From Lama guanicoe (Eukaryota), in assembly GCA_013239625.1 (NCBI GenBank), contig MU054323.1, positions 19,052,819 through 19,116,818 of the forward strand: 64,000 nt of DNA. The letters run 5' to 3'. Position numbers and translations under genes: made by a program. This document shows positions 12,001-24,990 of this stretch, one piece after another (position 1 is the stretch's first letter; each line of letters begins with the position of its first letter). The notes beneath the pieces were generated by a model. It made no database searches. It saw only the letters and a program-made list of their open reading frames with translations, and was not told where the DNA came from.

Positions 12001-13820
12001 AATTGAATCTTCTCTTTTTTTCTTAGTTCGGCTAGTTAAAGAATTGACAATTTTGTTTCTTTTTTTGAAACCAACCCTTTGTTTCATTGTTCTTTTCTGT
12101 TGTCTTTCTAGTCTGTCTCATTTCCATTCTGACCTTTGGTATTTCCTTCTACTGACTTGGGCTTAGTTTGCTCTTTTTTTTTTTTCAGTTTCTTAAGTGG
12201 CAAAGCTAGGTTATGTGAGATGTTTCTCTTTATTTACGTACACATTTATCACTATAAACTTCCCTCTTAGAACTGGTTTTGCTGCACCCTGTAAGTGTTC
12301 ATATTGATTCCATTTTCATTTGTCCCAAGATTTTTAAATTTTTAAAAATTTCTTCTTTGACCCACAGGTTGTTTAGAAGCATGTTGTTTAATCTCCATTT
12401 TTGTAATTTTTTGAGTTCTTCTAATAATTGATATTTCTTTCATATCATGTGATTGGAAAAGATGCTTAAGATGATTTCAGTATACTTAAATTTATTAAGG
12501 TTTATGTGCAGCGTAACCTATGATCTGGAGAATGTGCCATGTGTGCTTGAGAAGCATGTGTATTCTGATGCTGTTGGTTGATCATTCTGCGTATGTGTGT
12601 TAGGTTCATTTGGTCTAACGTGAAGTTTAAGCACAATGTTTCTTGATTCATTTTCTGTCTGGTTATTCTATCCATTGTTGAAAGTAGGATATTGAAGTAT
12701 CCTGCTATTATTGTATTGTTTATTTCTCCCGTCTGATCTGTTAACATTTGCTTTATGTATGTTCAGTGCACAAATACTTACACGTGTTGTATCCCCTTGA
12801 TGAACTGACCTCCTTGCTATTATATAATGACATGCTTTGCTTTGCTTCTTGTTACTTTTTGGCTTAAAGCCTATTTTGTCTGATGTAAACATTACTACCC
12901 TTGATTTCTTTTGGTTTCAGTTTTCATGGAATATCTTTTTCCAGCTGTTGACTGTCTGTCTATTCTTAAAGCTGATGTTAGTCCCTTATAGGCAGCATAT
13001 AGTTGGATATTGGTTTTTATCCATTCAACCACTCTGTCTTTTGACTGTAGAATTTAGTACATTTATAATAAGTGATAGATATGGAATTACTCTTGCCTTC
13101 TCGTTTATTTGTTCTGGCTGGTTTATAATTCTTTTGTTACCTTCTTCTTCTCTTGCTCTTTGATTTGATTATACTCCAGTGGTATGCTTTGAATCTTTTC
13201 TCTATCTTTTGTGAATCTACAATAGGTTTTTGCTTTGTGGTTATCATGATGTTTATTTAGATAAAACATCTTAATTATAACAGTCTATTTTAGGGTTTAA
13301 GTGTGGTTCTCTTTAGAGTCATCTTTTTTGATACTCTGTGAGCTTCTTGGATCTGTATATCTTTTTCTTCACTCAATTTAAAGAACTTTTCAGCTATTAT
13401 TTTTTTCAATAGGCTTTCTGCCACTTTCACTCTCTCTCTTCTCCTTCTAGGACCTCTTTTTGGGTCTGCTGAGGTTGTCTCCAAATCCTGTGAGCTATTT
13501 TCATTCTTTTACCTTCTTTTTGCTCCTCTGATTGAATGAATTCCACTGCCCTATCTTTGTGTTTGCTGATACTTTCTACTACTTGATCAAGTCTGCTGTG
13601 GAACCTGGCTATTGAATTTCTCAGTTCAGGTATTGCATTCTCCAGCTCTATGGATATCTTTATTCTTTTTTTTTTAATACTTTGTTGAAATTTTCACTTT
13701 GTTTATGCATTACTCTCCTGACCTTGATGAGCATCTTTATGACTATTATTTTGAACTATCAGGTAAATCACTTTGTGTTTCTTTAAGATTGGTTTCAAGA
13801 GTTTTTTTTTCTTTGGAACA
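9041..13820 (-). mobile_element. Long decayed L1: 3'UTR, ORF2 (RT and endonuclease) and partial ORF1
   Basis: Frameshifted ORF2 pieces: 11245..11577 [35 protein letters not shown] (RT), 11483..11935 NKSPGSGGFIRSFYQRLKEELMPTL, 12502..12747 NTIIAGYFNILLSTMDR (endonuclease). ORF1 piece 13290..13484 AESLLKKIIAEKFFKLSEEKDIQIQEAHRV. Confidence 0.95.
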
Positions 13821-15699
13821 TATTGAACCTATTTTATTCTCTCTAAAAAAGGAGCAGCTGGTGCATGGTCCTGATAAAGGACTAGCTGTACCAGCACTCC
13901 AGTCACCTTCACTGCAGGGCAGCGACTCCTGTGCATATCAACCAATAGAACTCGGGAGACTGATTGGAACTGGAATTTTCTTAATGTCATTTCTTAAAAA
14001 TAGAACAATTAAATCTTAGGAATGGGAAGAATTACAAAAGGCTTTCCATGGCTTTATTTGTGGTAAATATAACAACTAAAAAAGGTATTAGTAGATTCAT
14101 ACATAATCAGCTAAACTGACCAAAAAGATACATTAAAAGAACCATTTCTTCTTTTGTCCTGTTACATTATTTACATTATCAAAGCATATAATGATATACA
14201 TATCAGTTCTTATATAGTCATGTATGTATGTATTTTGCTGTTCCTCACTCATGTTTGGTGATTTGTGTTTTTTTCCCTTATATTCTTGAACATTGTGAAG
14301 TCTTGCTTCCAGTAGTGTATGTCGCATCATAAAAATAATTTCTCGTAAATGTTTAAACTATTCCTTTGCAGATGGGGAAGCATTGTGCTTAAATGAATTT
14401 GAATTAAGCTAGTCTAAGAGGTAGTAAATAAAGTAACACTGCTATTTTCTAATGGTAACCTGCCTACACGGTTTCCATATCCTTCTAGTCTTGCTATTCT
14501 TCAGGAAATTAGCAGTTTGAGTAATTTCAAAATCTATTAGGAAATGCCATAGTCAGTTTCCAACTATCAGGATGGCTTGTTGCTTATCTTTGTGTGTAAT
14601 ACCTGGCTCCCGGCTGTTTGGTTGTTCAGAACAGAGCTTAGTTTGAATATAGTCTATATTTACAATAAGAAGCACTCTTTTGGTGTTAAGTGTGCACATG
14701 TATTTATGTAGTTATTAAAGTAGGTTATATTGGAGGTCATCAAACTGATGATAGGAAGATGTGATCATGACTATTGGATTTCCTATTTTCTCTATTGAAA
14801 ACTGACTTAGGCCAAAGACCCTAATGGTTTGATAGGGTGGCTTCTCTTCCTTCATTTTTGACTTGAGACCACTCAGAGAAAGAGATTGGCAGGGAAATGA
14901 GCTGAAGTTCAAGGATCTGACTGATGTGAGAAAAGAGTGATTTTCAATTTCTATTGATATATTAAGGCCAGCTGGTTGGGGAATAAACTATATTGTTAGG
15001 ATACATGAGTACGTCATGGAATCCAAGGAAAGAAAGGGCAGTTGAGTTCATGAGGAACCAAAATCAGGAATAAGAAATATGTCAGGAAATAAGAGTGTTC
15101 TCTATTTCTCGAGTTCATAGTTTGTTGTTCATGTTCCTTTGTGTAAATGTTCCTTTTCTCACCTAGTAGTTCTATGTAGTTTTAAGAACTGGTACTTGAT
15201 CCAAATGATTAGCACAACCTAACTAACATCTCTGAATGCCATTTCAAACTTAATGGAGGAATAAACTGGTAGAGTTGAGTTGGGTCTCATATGCCCATTT
15301 TGTTAAATCAATTAGGGCCAAGAGGAAATGTTCATGTAACATACTTTCATGGGCTGGGGTGGTGGGTAGTTCTCAGAGAAGTAGGAGTTGCCTGTTGGGT
15401 ATAAATCCAATCAAATGGTATAAAAATATAAAATAATAATGTTATAAATAAGAATTTGTGCATCATTATGTCTAGTTAAGGTGTTTAGCTATTTAAATTT
15501 GTCATCATCAAAAGTTACCTACCCAATTCAATTAGACTTTTAATTCTACAACTTCACCAAAACTTCAAGGTTGCCAGTGTCTTATCTTTTGTTACTTCTG
15601 GTAAAATTTTTTTTTTTTGATCTTCATTAAAGGCCATGAGGTTGGGGAAAGAATGACAGGGAATATTTGCATTCTCACCAGCAAGAACAGAGAGAACTT

Positions 15700-15870
15700 G
15701 TAATACATGAGGCAACCAGAGGGTCTTGAGTAGGATATTGCCTCACTAATGGAGTTAAAGGAACCTTAGGCCAAAGACTGCCCTGGATCTAATCTAAGAA
15801 GTCTCGAAAGCAAAATTTAAAAGGCTCAAACTGATTCCAAATAACTTTACTACATGCCATAACAAAGCCT
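15700..15870 (+). mobile_element. Old L1M 5'-region fragment
   Basis: 'ccttaggccaaagactgccctggatcta...aaaggctcaaactgattccaaataacttt' resembles old L1M 5' ends. Confidence 0.5.
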
Positions 15871-15874
15871 CACT

Positions 15875-17056
15875 GAGCGATGGCAGCCTCATCAACAGGC
15901 CACGTAGGGGAAAGTTTAGTCGTTCTCACCAACAGACAGCACTGATGGCCAGGCTTGCGAGTGAGGCCATCTTAGACTTTCCAGCCCCAGCCAAGCTTCT
16001 GAATTGAATGCAGCCACATTCAATGCAGTGACCCTAGAAAACACCACATGGAGTAGAAGAATCATTAGTTAAATTCAGGCAGCCCTTAGAATCATGAGAA
16101 ATAATAAGTCATTGCTCTTTGAAATCACTGGATTTGGGGGTAGTTTGTTACACAGAAATAGATAAGTGAAATAGAGGGTATGTGCACTTTGTTGAAGTGG
16201 CAAAGGAGGAGGAAGAAATGAAGAATCTTCCAGAAGGTGAAACTAAGAACCCTAGAGAACAATGTCCTAAGGAACTATTCCTAGGGAGCAGAATTAGTGC
16301 TTGTTCACAAGGAACAGTCCATATTGACAGGATAAGGGTCCTAGTGACATTTTCCCATTAGGATTCCCCTTTTTATATAGGAGTATTTACTGGAGCTGTC
16401 CTGTCCCTTTTGTGCTATTTAATGTTGCCTGTGGACAGAACAGGTAATTTTTCTATTTAGTTAATAGGTCTGTGGATCATGAGGAACCACATCTGGCCTC
16501 CAAGCCTGAGGCTTTATTTGGATAAGACTTTGGGGAAGAGACTGGGATTTCTTGGAATGATGCTCTTTCTGCAAATGAGAGAGATGTGAGTATTTCTGAA
16601 CAAGGGAGGAGGTTAGGGGAGATTTAGAATATTTCTCAATATATATTCAATTCTTATACACCCTGCCCTTCCATAGCAAGAGTATATTTTCCTAATTCAC
16701 TGATATTATCCTAGACCAAAGGTCTTGATTTATCCAGGGGACCACAGGGTCTGGGGATAGTGGTTAAGTGCTGAGTCTTGGCCTTAAGAGACATCACATA
16801 GTTTGACTTGCCCCTCTCGGGGCTTGAGATCTCTTCCATGAGAAGAGTGTGGCTCAGGTACCCACTGCCACCTCAGCCTTGGCTCCAGCATGAACCAGGA
16901 GGAGTAAAGTCCCCCAAATTGTAGTTACACAGGCTGAGGCAGTGCCATGCCCACTGACATCAGAGGGAAAAATAGATGCTTATGATTGTGATTGTGGGCT
17001 TAAGATTTCGTGGTTTTTTGTCACGCAGCATTATTGTAGCAATATGTGACTAATAC
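15875..17056 (+). mobile_element. MaLR: MLT1 LTR (to ~16172), internal remnant (~16173-16620) and second MLT1 LTR (~16625-17056)
   Basis: First LTR ends 'ggtagtttgttacacagaaatagataagtgaaata'; MLT1-int-like 'gaggaaccacatctgg...ggataagactttgggg'; second LTR ends 'gcagcattattgtagcaatatgtgactaatac'. Confidence 0.7.
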
Positions 17057-20000
17057 CCCATATTTTTTCTTACCTCCTCCCTCAGATAGAAGTAGGAATT
17101 CAGCTAAGATTGTTTCCTGTGGAAGCTCATCTAATTGTATATGGTGAGAATAGCAAGAGAAGAAAAATAGACTCACTCGTACGTGAAATTAATTTAGTAA
17201 CTCAATGTACAATGTGGTCCCTGGTCCAAGCACTCTTTGCATTCATCATCAAATATGTTACTATTTAAAATGTGGATGTGTCTGTTTTATAATAATTACT
17301 TTTATTTTTTAATGAGTTCGGAAAACTTCATGGTGGGAGTAGGTTTCAGAAAGGCCTCGAAGGATAGGAGAGTCCTGAGCCGACTATGGGAAATAACATG
17401 TGCTAGCATAAGTTACACAGTCTCTCAGTGTTACAACACATTGCAATTTGCTATTATTTGGCATCTCTGCTTTTCAGTGCTTTTCAGGGTTAATCATGAG
17501 CTTCTTGCAAACTGAGTTTTATAAAATGATGCAATGAATCCAGGAATATAGCTGCTGTGACAGTGTCTTTGATATGTATTTGATCAGCAGCTTCACTTTA
17601 TATTAATTTTATCCCAAAGCTTGTGAGTTTCAAAACCACTCCTGAAACTTATTTGTCATCAGAAAGGAGGAATATATAGAATATAGACACACAGTCTAAG
17701 AAGATGGCAAAAAGATGAAGCTTAAGTCTGAGAGAGAGATTAATTTGACCTCTATAGGTTGGCAGCAAACCTCAGATTGCAGGAAAAAAAATATTTGCTG
17801 TTGTAAATCTGACTAAGCCCAGCTGTTTGTGACCGTTTATTTTCTAATACTGCACTTCAATGCTTTTTCTCCTGTGATATTTTTTCCAACACTTGTTCAG
17901 TAAGCATTATATGCCCAGGACTTTGAGGAGGAGCAATAAACAGAGGAAGGAGAATTAAGATGATAGAGGTTCCCTGCAGTAGTGTCTGCCCTTAAAAACT
18001 GTACAGGCTAATTTCTGAGATCACTCAGGGTGAGAAGTGTTATTTTCCTCCTTTACAAGCTCTCTGATAGCTCATCTGAACTTGAATGCAAATTGTTTTT
18101 CTTTAAGAAGGCTTCATTAAGCCAGAGGGACTATTACTTTGTACATGGTTAAGTCCCTAGACTGGATGGACCATGATTGATGTCCTTTTTACAGTTCATT
18201 AGTATTCACCGTGCTACTGGTGTAGCTGTTAAGAGTGAAAGCCTGGAAAAAAGATGTGAGAATCGTATGTACTTGAATGCGTTAGAAATAGCTAACCCCT
18301 TCTCCCTTTCCTCTTGCTGTTCAGAGTTGGCACAAATTTCGATCTTGAAACTATTTCAAGAAGGGTAAAAAAGAATGTAGCACATACCTAGAAAAGAATA
18401 ACACTCAAATAAAAAAAAAAGATACAACACCAATAATGTACATCTAGTAATAGTTTTGTAGAGAATGTGTAACCCAAAATGACGTAAACCAGCCTCAGCC
18501 CATTTCTTCGTTTCTGCAGCCCACCCAGATCTTCCTACTGGGATATGTAGATACGATACTCAAAACCTCTTCACTTCAAAATGGAAATGAGAAAGAGCTA
18601 CAGATTTCCCCTACCCTCCATGAAGAACAGAAGCAGCATTTATTGTTTGAATTTCCTTGATTTCTTTTCTGCGTGTCACACACTGCTTAATTATGTATTG
18701 CTTCTGTGTCATAAGTAATCACTTCAAATAACACAGTGGCCCGTGTTAAGGAAATGATTCATCTTCCTAATGTATTTGAAACTATGGTTTGCAGCACTAT
18801 TTTAGACACTACATTATAATTCTGTGGTATGCGAAACATCTTTGGAGGCTAAAATTAATGTCGATAAGAAGCTTATGCAACAGGAAAAATGAACACAGGG
18901 CAGAGAAAAGCAAAAATAAACCCCTCCTTCCTGACTCTCCTGCATTCAGTGAGACTGCACATTTAACATCCTCATATACTCCCAGACACATCAAGGCCTT
19001 TTGTATATCAAAGAAAGGAGAGAGGGGGGAAAATATAATCTGAATACACAGAGGAAGTCTCTTACTTTCTGTTTTTAACTTTTCTGCCTCCTTCTACAAA
19101 TTTTCTGTGTGTGCGGATTGTACATTTTTAGCAAGATTAAAAAAGAAAAGAAAAATTTCAAGCCAATCTAAAAAAACAATAATTTTGACTACTTTGTCAA
19201 TTCACAGTCTCTGGGTGAACAAGAAGAAAACATGAAGATTTAATCTCAGAAAATTTTAGAACATTGAATACAGAGTGATAAGTTAACAAGTTAATTATCT
19301 TCACAGAATCCAAAAGACGTAGAAAGTTGTTGGAGGTCCAGAAATTGAAAAGGAAACTGTGTTAATGAGCATGACAACTTTTATTTCTCATACAAATGAA
19401 CTATTTTTCCAAGTAGTAATCTCACATCTGAGTAATAACTGTATGTGCAAAGATGTTTTCTATCATGTATCAATACATGAAAAAAAATGAGTTTCTCTAA
19501 TTCTGTCATCTGAAACTGTATTTAAGAAAGATGACAATAGCAATTAGATCATGGCTGAGCAATTTTTTTAATCCTATGATTTTTAGATTCAAGTGCAGAC
19601 CTGCGAGATACTGACAAAGGTTAAAAAGAAAGATTCTGGAGAAATAGCAGGGAAGAAAATCATTCATATTATAGAATTTCTAGGCTTAAAGAAAGATAGA
19701 AAAAACATGGTATGGCCTCAAATAATTTTATGAACAAGAGGACTCACAAGATGATGATTCTTCAGTTTTTTAAAAACAACTCACAGTTTTATATGTGAGA
19801 TCATTATAAGGTTTTATACCAAGAAGACAAATGCAGAAACATTTAACTATAAAGGAATCTCTGTGAAAAGTGAGATTCAGGCAGGAAAAAGAAGAAATAA
19901 GCAGCAGAAAAGAGGAAGTGAGAAGATGGGTAATTGGAAAAGTGGAAACAGAATCAATATGAAGCCAATTTTTTAGCCAATTTTTTCAAAGTATCAGAGG

Positions 20001-20509
20001 AGGCTATATCTTATCCCCATGTTTGTTCTCTCACGATTTTTCAAACTCAGTCTCTGATAGTAAGAGGCTTGTTTGTTTGTTGTTTGGTCTCCATCAGCAC
20101 TTTAACATTGTACCTGACCCACATTTTTATGAGGTTGCTCTACCAACAAGATTGGCTCTGCTAACCACATTTCCTCTGTGGAGTTCAAAGTGCGTTGTAA
20201 GACAATGTTTTCCTAATAAAATCAGAATGTAAAAGGATTAAAATGCAGAAAATACTAAACACTAAATACTAAAGTAAATTAAATCCTAAGTTCCTATATG
20301 AAAAACAGCTAATAATCATGATATCCTAAGTTTTACAGAATTCTTATTTTCAAAAATCTTTATTTATCACAAGGACAGAATAAAGTATCCAAAGTTGGGT
20401 AACACTGCTATTTCACAGTTGAGTAAAATAAGGCTTAGACAGGTTAATGACTTGACTACAGTAACAGATAATAGAACCAACTATGATTCCAAGCTATGTC
20501 TAATTCCAT

Positions 20510-21023
20510 TAAGTATCAATTGCTGTATTACTAATTATACCCAGGTGGCTTAAAAACAGCACTAAACTTTTAATATCTCAAACAGTTTCTAGGGTTAGGC
20601 ATTTGGGAGTGGTTTAGCTGGGTAGCCCTGGTTCAGAGCCTCCCATGAGTTTGCAGTCTTGATGTTGGCAGTAACTGCACTTGTCTGAAGGCTTAGCTAA
20701 TGCTGGCATCTACTTGTAAGACGGCTCACTAACGTGGTGTCGAGTGGGCACTGGCTCTTGTCTGGAGGTCTTAGTCACTTGCTGTATGAACCACTGTATA
20801 GGGCTACTTAGATGTCTTCACAGCATGGCAGCTGGCTTTCTGCCAACGAATGCTCCAAGGACAAACGCCACATGCTTTTTCTGGCCTAATCTCAGTTATT
20901 TTTGCAATATCCTATTCATCACATAGATCAGTCCTATCCAATGTAGTGGGGAGGGTGGTACAAAAGAGTATAAAAATAGGAGAAGGTGATCACTGGAAGC
21001 CATCTTGAAGGCTAGCTACCACA
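20510..21023 (-). mobile_element. MaLR solo LTR, MLT1F-like
   Basis: 'tttgggagtggtttagctggg...tcttcacagcatggcagctggcttt...ccatcttgaaggctagctaccac'. Confidence 0.85.
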
Positions 21024-21039
21024 CTAACTATACCATAAG

Positions 21040-21300
21040 TTCACTTTGTGAATGTCTTCCATCCTTTTTTATTTCCATTTCTTTTTTTTTTTTAAACTGT
21101 GTAACTATTTTGGGTGGTAATTTAATGTGCTTGCTTTGTTTCTTTACCATTTGTCTTACATAAACAAACCAAACCATAAGCTCCCTGAAGACAAGCACTG
21201 GAACGTCCACCTTTTAACTGTCTGTGATTCTTATTATAATATTTTGGGCATAATGGGTTCTCCATTGACCCTGAGTAAACCAACAACTAAATGAAGTGAG
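21040..21300 (+). mobile_element. L2 3' fragment
   Basis: 'ccataagctccctgaagacaagcactg...tttgggcataatgggttctccatt' is L2-tail-like. Confidence 0.5.
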
Positions 21301-22139
21301 TAAACATGAAATGAAGACATCCAACTCATCAACAGATGGGTCAGAATGAGGTTTCAAACTACAGAGTTTCAGAAATTTAAGTCAAGGGTGCCAGAATTTA
21401 TTGCCAGGAGGAGGACCCCAGAGCAGGTGAGATGTGCCTACTCCAGTACAAACAGCTTTAGTCTTACTTTCAGATTTACTAGTCTTTCTATTTCAAATAA
21501 TGTTCATACTTTCTACATGAAAATCATGAAAAGATGACATAATAACAGAACTAAGATATCCCAGGGGAAATAATCAGAAAATATTCATTTTCTATGAATT
21601 AGAAACTTCTTGAAACAGTAAGAGGAACATATTGGCTTAAATAATTCATTCTTACAGAAGGATTAAGCTTAGTTCAGGAAGTTTAAAGGGCTTTGGAAGA
21701 TTGCTCATTATAGTGAGAACTAACTGCTGGAAGGAAGTTGAGACATTTTTTTCTTTTCCCAGAAATAAGCAAAATGACCCTTTCCACTAATTCCATATGT
21801 TCATGTTTCAAAACAAGGGAACATCTTTTGCGAAACAGACTCTTCTTACTCCCTAAGAAACCAAAGTTAGTTTTGATGAAGAAAAGGCAAATAAAAGCAC
21901 TGGGAAGAATGAAGAAACAGAAAAATAGAAAAATTTAAAATTAAGTAAATTAAACATATTTTTTAAATCACCAGTACTGCCTTTTGGTAGACTGTCCACA
22001 AAAGTCTTCCTTGTCCCTCTCGAACTGACACTCTTGCTATCACTGTTCCTAAACACAAGCTTAAAATTTGTAGATCACCAAGGCACATACCAGTTCTACT
22101 GATCACCCACTCTGCTCCGTATTTGCGTATCTATTTTGT

Positions 22140-24990
22140 TTTAAGACAGCTTTATTGAGGTATAACTTACTTATAGTAAGCCATACTTAAAGTGTATTTT
22201 GATGTATGTGTACACCCATGAAAGTCTCACCAAAAAGAAGTTAATGAACATACCCGAACTCCCCAAAGTGCCTTTGTGCCACTTGTTAATCTCACCTCGA
22301 TGTCCCTCCCACCCTTCTCACTGCCTGACCCTCAGGCAACCACTGTTCTACTTTGTTACTATATGCTCTCATTTTTTTAGAGTTTTACATAGGTGAGAGG
22401 AAGCATAGAGTATATACTATTTGGGGGGGGGTCTGATTTCATAATATAATATAATGGCTATCATGTTTTGATAGTATATAGTAATTTTGAGATTCACTCA
22501 TGAATTTTTCAGAAATGTATTCATTTTTACTGCTAACGAGTACTGCACTGTATGAACGTACCGTATTTCATTTATCATTTACCTGTTGATATTTGGGTTG
22601 TTTCCAGTTATTGGTTATTACAAATAAATCTGCTGTAACCATTGAGCATATGCTTTCATTTGTCTTGGGTAAATTCCACCTAGGAGTGGAATGGCCGTCT
22701 ATTGGCAAGTATGTGTTTAATATTTTAAGAATGGCTACATTGTTTTCCAAAATGACTGTGCCTTTGTACACTCCCACTAGTAGTGTATCAGAGTTTCAGT
22801 TCCTCCAAATCCTCACAACATTGAATAGGGTAAATCTTTTTTTTAGTTTCAGCCATTCTACCAGGTGGATAGCCGTGTGTCATACTTTTAATTTGCGTTA
22901 TCCTAGTGACTGATGAAACTGAACGTCTTTCCATGTGCTTATCTGCTATCCATATATGTTCCTGAAGAAGTATCACTTCAAATCTTTTGGCTTTATTTAT
23001 TTTTATTATTGAATTTTGAGAGTTTTTAAGTAGATACAAATTCTTTATCAAATGTTCGATTTGCAATTATTTTCTCTCAGTATGTGGCTTTTCTTTTCAT
23101 TCCCTAAATACTGTCTTTCAAAGAGTAGGAGTTTCAAATTTTGATGTTGAATCTATAATTTTGTTCTTTTATGTATTATGCTTTCAAAATTATTACTAAT
23201 CCAATATTTCCCTAATACAAGATCACAAAGAAAGATACTTTGGCTGATAATAGAATTCCAGGTGGACAAGCTTGCTGTGCCGTCAGCACTTGAAATCATG
23301 TCTTTCGTCCCTTACTTCTCTGGATGATTTTAAGGTTTTCTCTTTACCATTGATTTTAGGCAATTTGATTATGATGTGTCTTACTGTTTTCCTCATGTTT
23401 CTGGGTCTTGAACTTTTTAGATCTATGAACTTACAGTTTTTATTATATTTGGAAAGATTTTGGCTATTAATTCTTCACACATTTTTCTGTTTCTACCTCG
23501 TGTGTTCCTCTCCTTCAGAGCCTCCAAATACATCTTCATTAGGCTGCTTTAGTTGTAACATTTTAATGATTCTTCTCTATATATAATTTTTTTATGTATG
23601 GAATGAAAAAATACTACTTCTATTACATGCATCTGTAGCTGCTCAAAATTGTTCACAGTTCATTCTTTTTCTTTAAAAAATCTTTTTTCTCTTTCATTTG
23701 GTTTATTGTTATACATTCAAGATCACTTTTTCTACTGCAGTATCTAACTTTGCATTTATCCCATCAAGTATTTTTTAATCTCACCTACTATAGTTTTCAT
23801 CTCTGGAAGCTTTATTTGTGTGTGTTTTTCTTCTCTAAAAGTTTGATTTGTGTGTATTTTAAAATATTCCATTTCTCTACTTAACTTTTTGAACAAACAG
23901 AAGGAATTATAATTACTACTCCAAAGTATTAGTTTGTTAATTCTAACATCTTTGTTAGATCAGAGTTGATTTTAATTGTTTTTTTCTTGTCTTTGTTAGT
24001 CAGTGTTTCCTCCCTTTTTATGTATGTGGCAATTTTTATTTAATGCCAGCAACTGTGAATATTACCTTGTGAGTGCTGGATATTCTTATGTTCATGTAAA
24101 TATTTTGGACTTAGTTTTGGGACTCAGTTAAGCTACTTGGAAAGAGAATGATCCTTCTGAATCATGCTTTTAGGTTGTGTTAGATGAGACCAGAGTTGTC
24201 TTATTCTAGGGTAGAGCTGTTCCACTTTGGCATCGTGGGTATTTGGAGCTAGATAATTGCCTGTTGTGGGACGCTCTCCTGAGCTTACGAGATGTTGAAT
24301 GGCACCCCTGAACTTTGCTTATCTGTTGACAGACTGCCCTCCCCCTCTAGTTTGACAACCAAATATTTCTCTAGACATTTCCAAATGTCTCCCAGGGGTC
24401 AAAATCATCTCTGTTTGATAAGCACTGGCCAAGAGCTAATTACTCTGAAGCTAGATCTTTTGAATTCTCTGCCTGAGTGCCACGATTTATAAGATTTTCT
24501 CTTCTGGCTGATGGGAGCAGGCACTATTCCCAGCTCTATGCAGCATCAGACATCTTCCCCCTAATCTTTTCAAACTCTTCCTGACATTCGGTAGTTTTTT
24601 CGTGTCCATGTGCAGATGAGCGCACTGCTGAATATTTGAGGGGGACCTCTGTAGATGACTAGTGTTCTTACCCTTCAGGTAGCGCTCTCTTCTCTGATTT
24701 TCTGTCCTGCAAATTCCAGTTACATTTGTCTCCTTTTATTCTCAGCTCTCTTTTCAACTCATAGTGTCTGAAAGCTACCTTTTTCTTATACTGTAACTAA
24801 GAAACACTCTCAAAGCAGGAAGTTTGTGCCTTTGTAAGCCTCAGTTTACTTGTTTCCCACCATCTATCTGGAATTACTGAACTTCATTATCTAATGTCCA
24901 GTGTCTCATTTTATATATTGTCATGATTTTTGGTTATTTCAGACAAGAAAGTTAATATTCTCTCTATTACTCCATCTTTGTCTGAAATGA
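22140..24990 (-). mobile_element. Old L1 (L1MC-like): 3' end (22140-23220) joined to an ORF1/5' region, with most of ORF2 absent
   Basis: 'cagctttattgaggtataactt' 3' end; ORFs 22568..22777 (LFVITNNWKQPKY) and 22788..23066 (EHIWIADKHMERRSVS) are ORF2 C-terminal remnants; 23240-24990 resembles L1M ORF1/5'UTR. Confidence 0.8.
24212..24427 (-). mobile_element. MER20 (hAT-Charlie) inserted in L1
   Basis: 'ctagataattgcctgttgtggg...gacaaccaaatatttctctagacatttccaaatgtctcccaggggtcaaaatc...agcactg'; degenerate 8-bp TSD ttctaggg/gccaagag. Confidence 0.85.

Noticed and set aside
9041..13820. Active or domesticated reverse transcriptase
   Set aside because: Many stops, frameshifts and an insertion; no long preserved reading frame.
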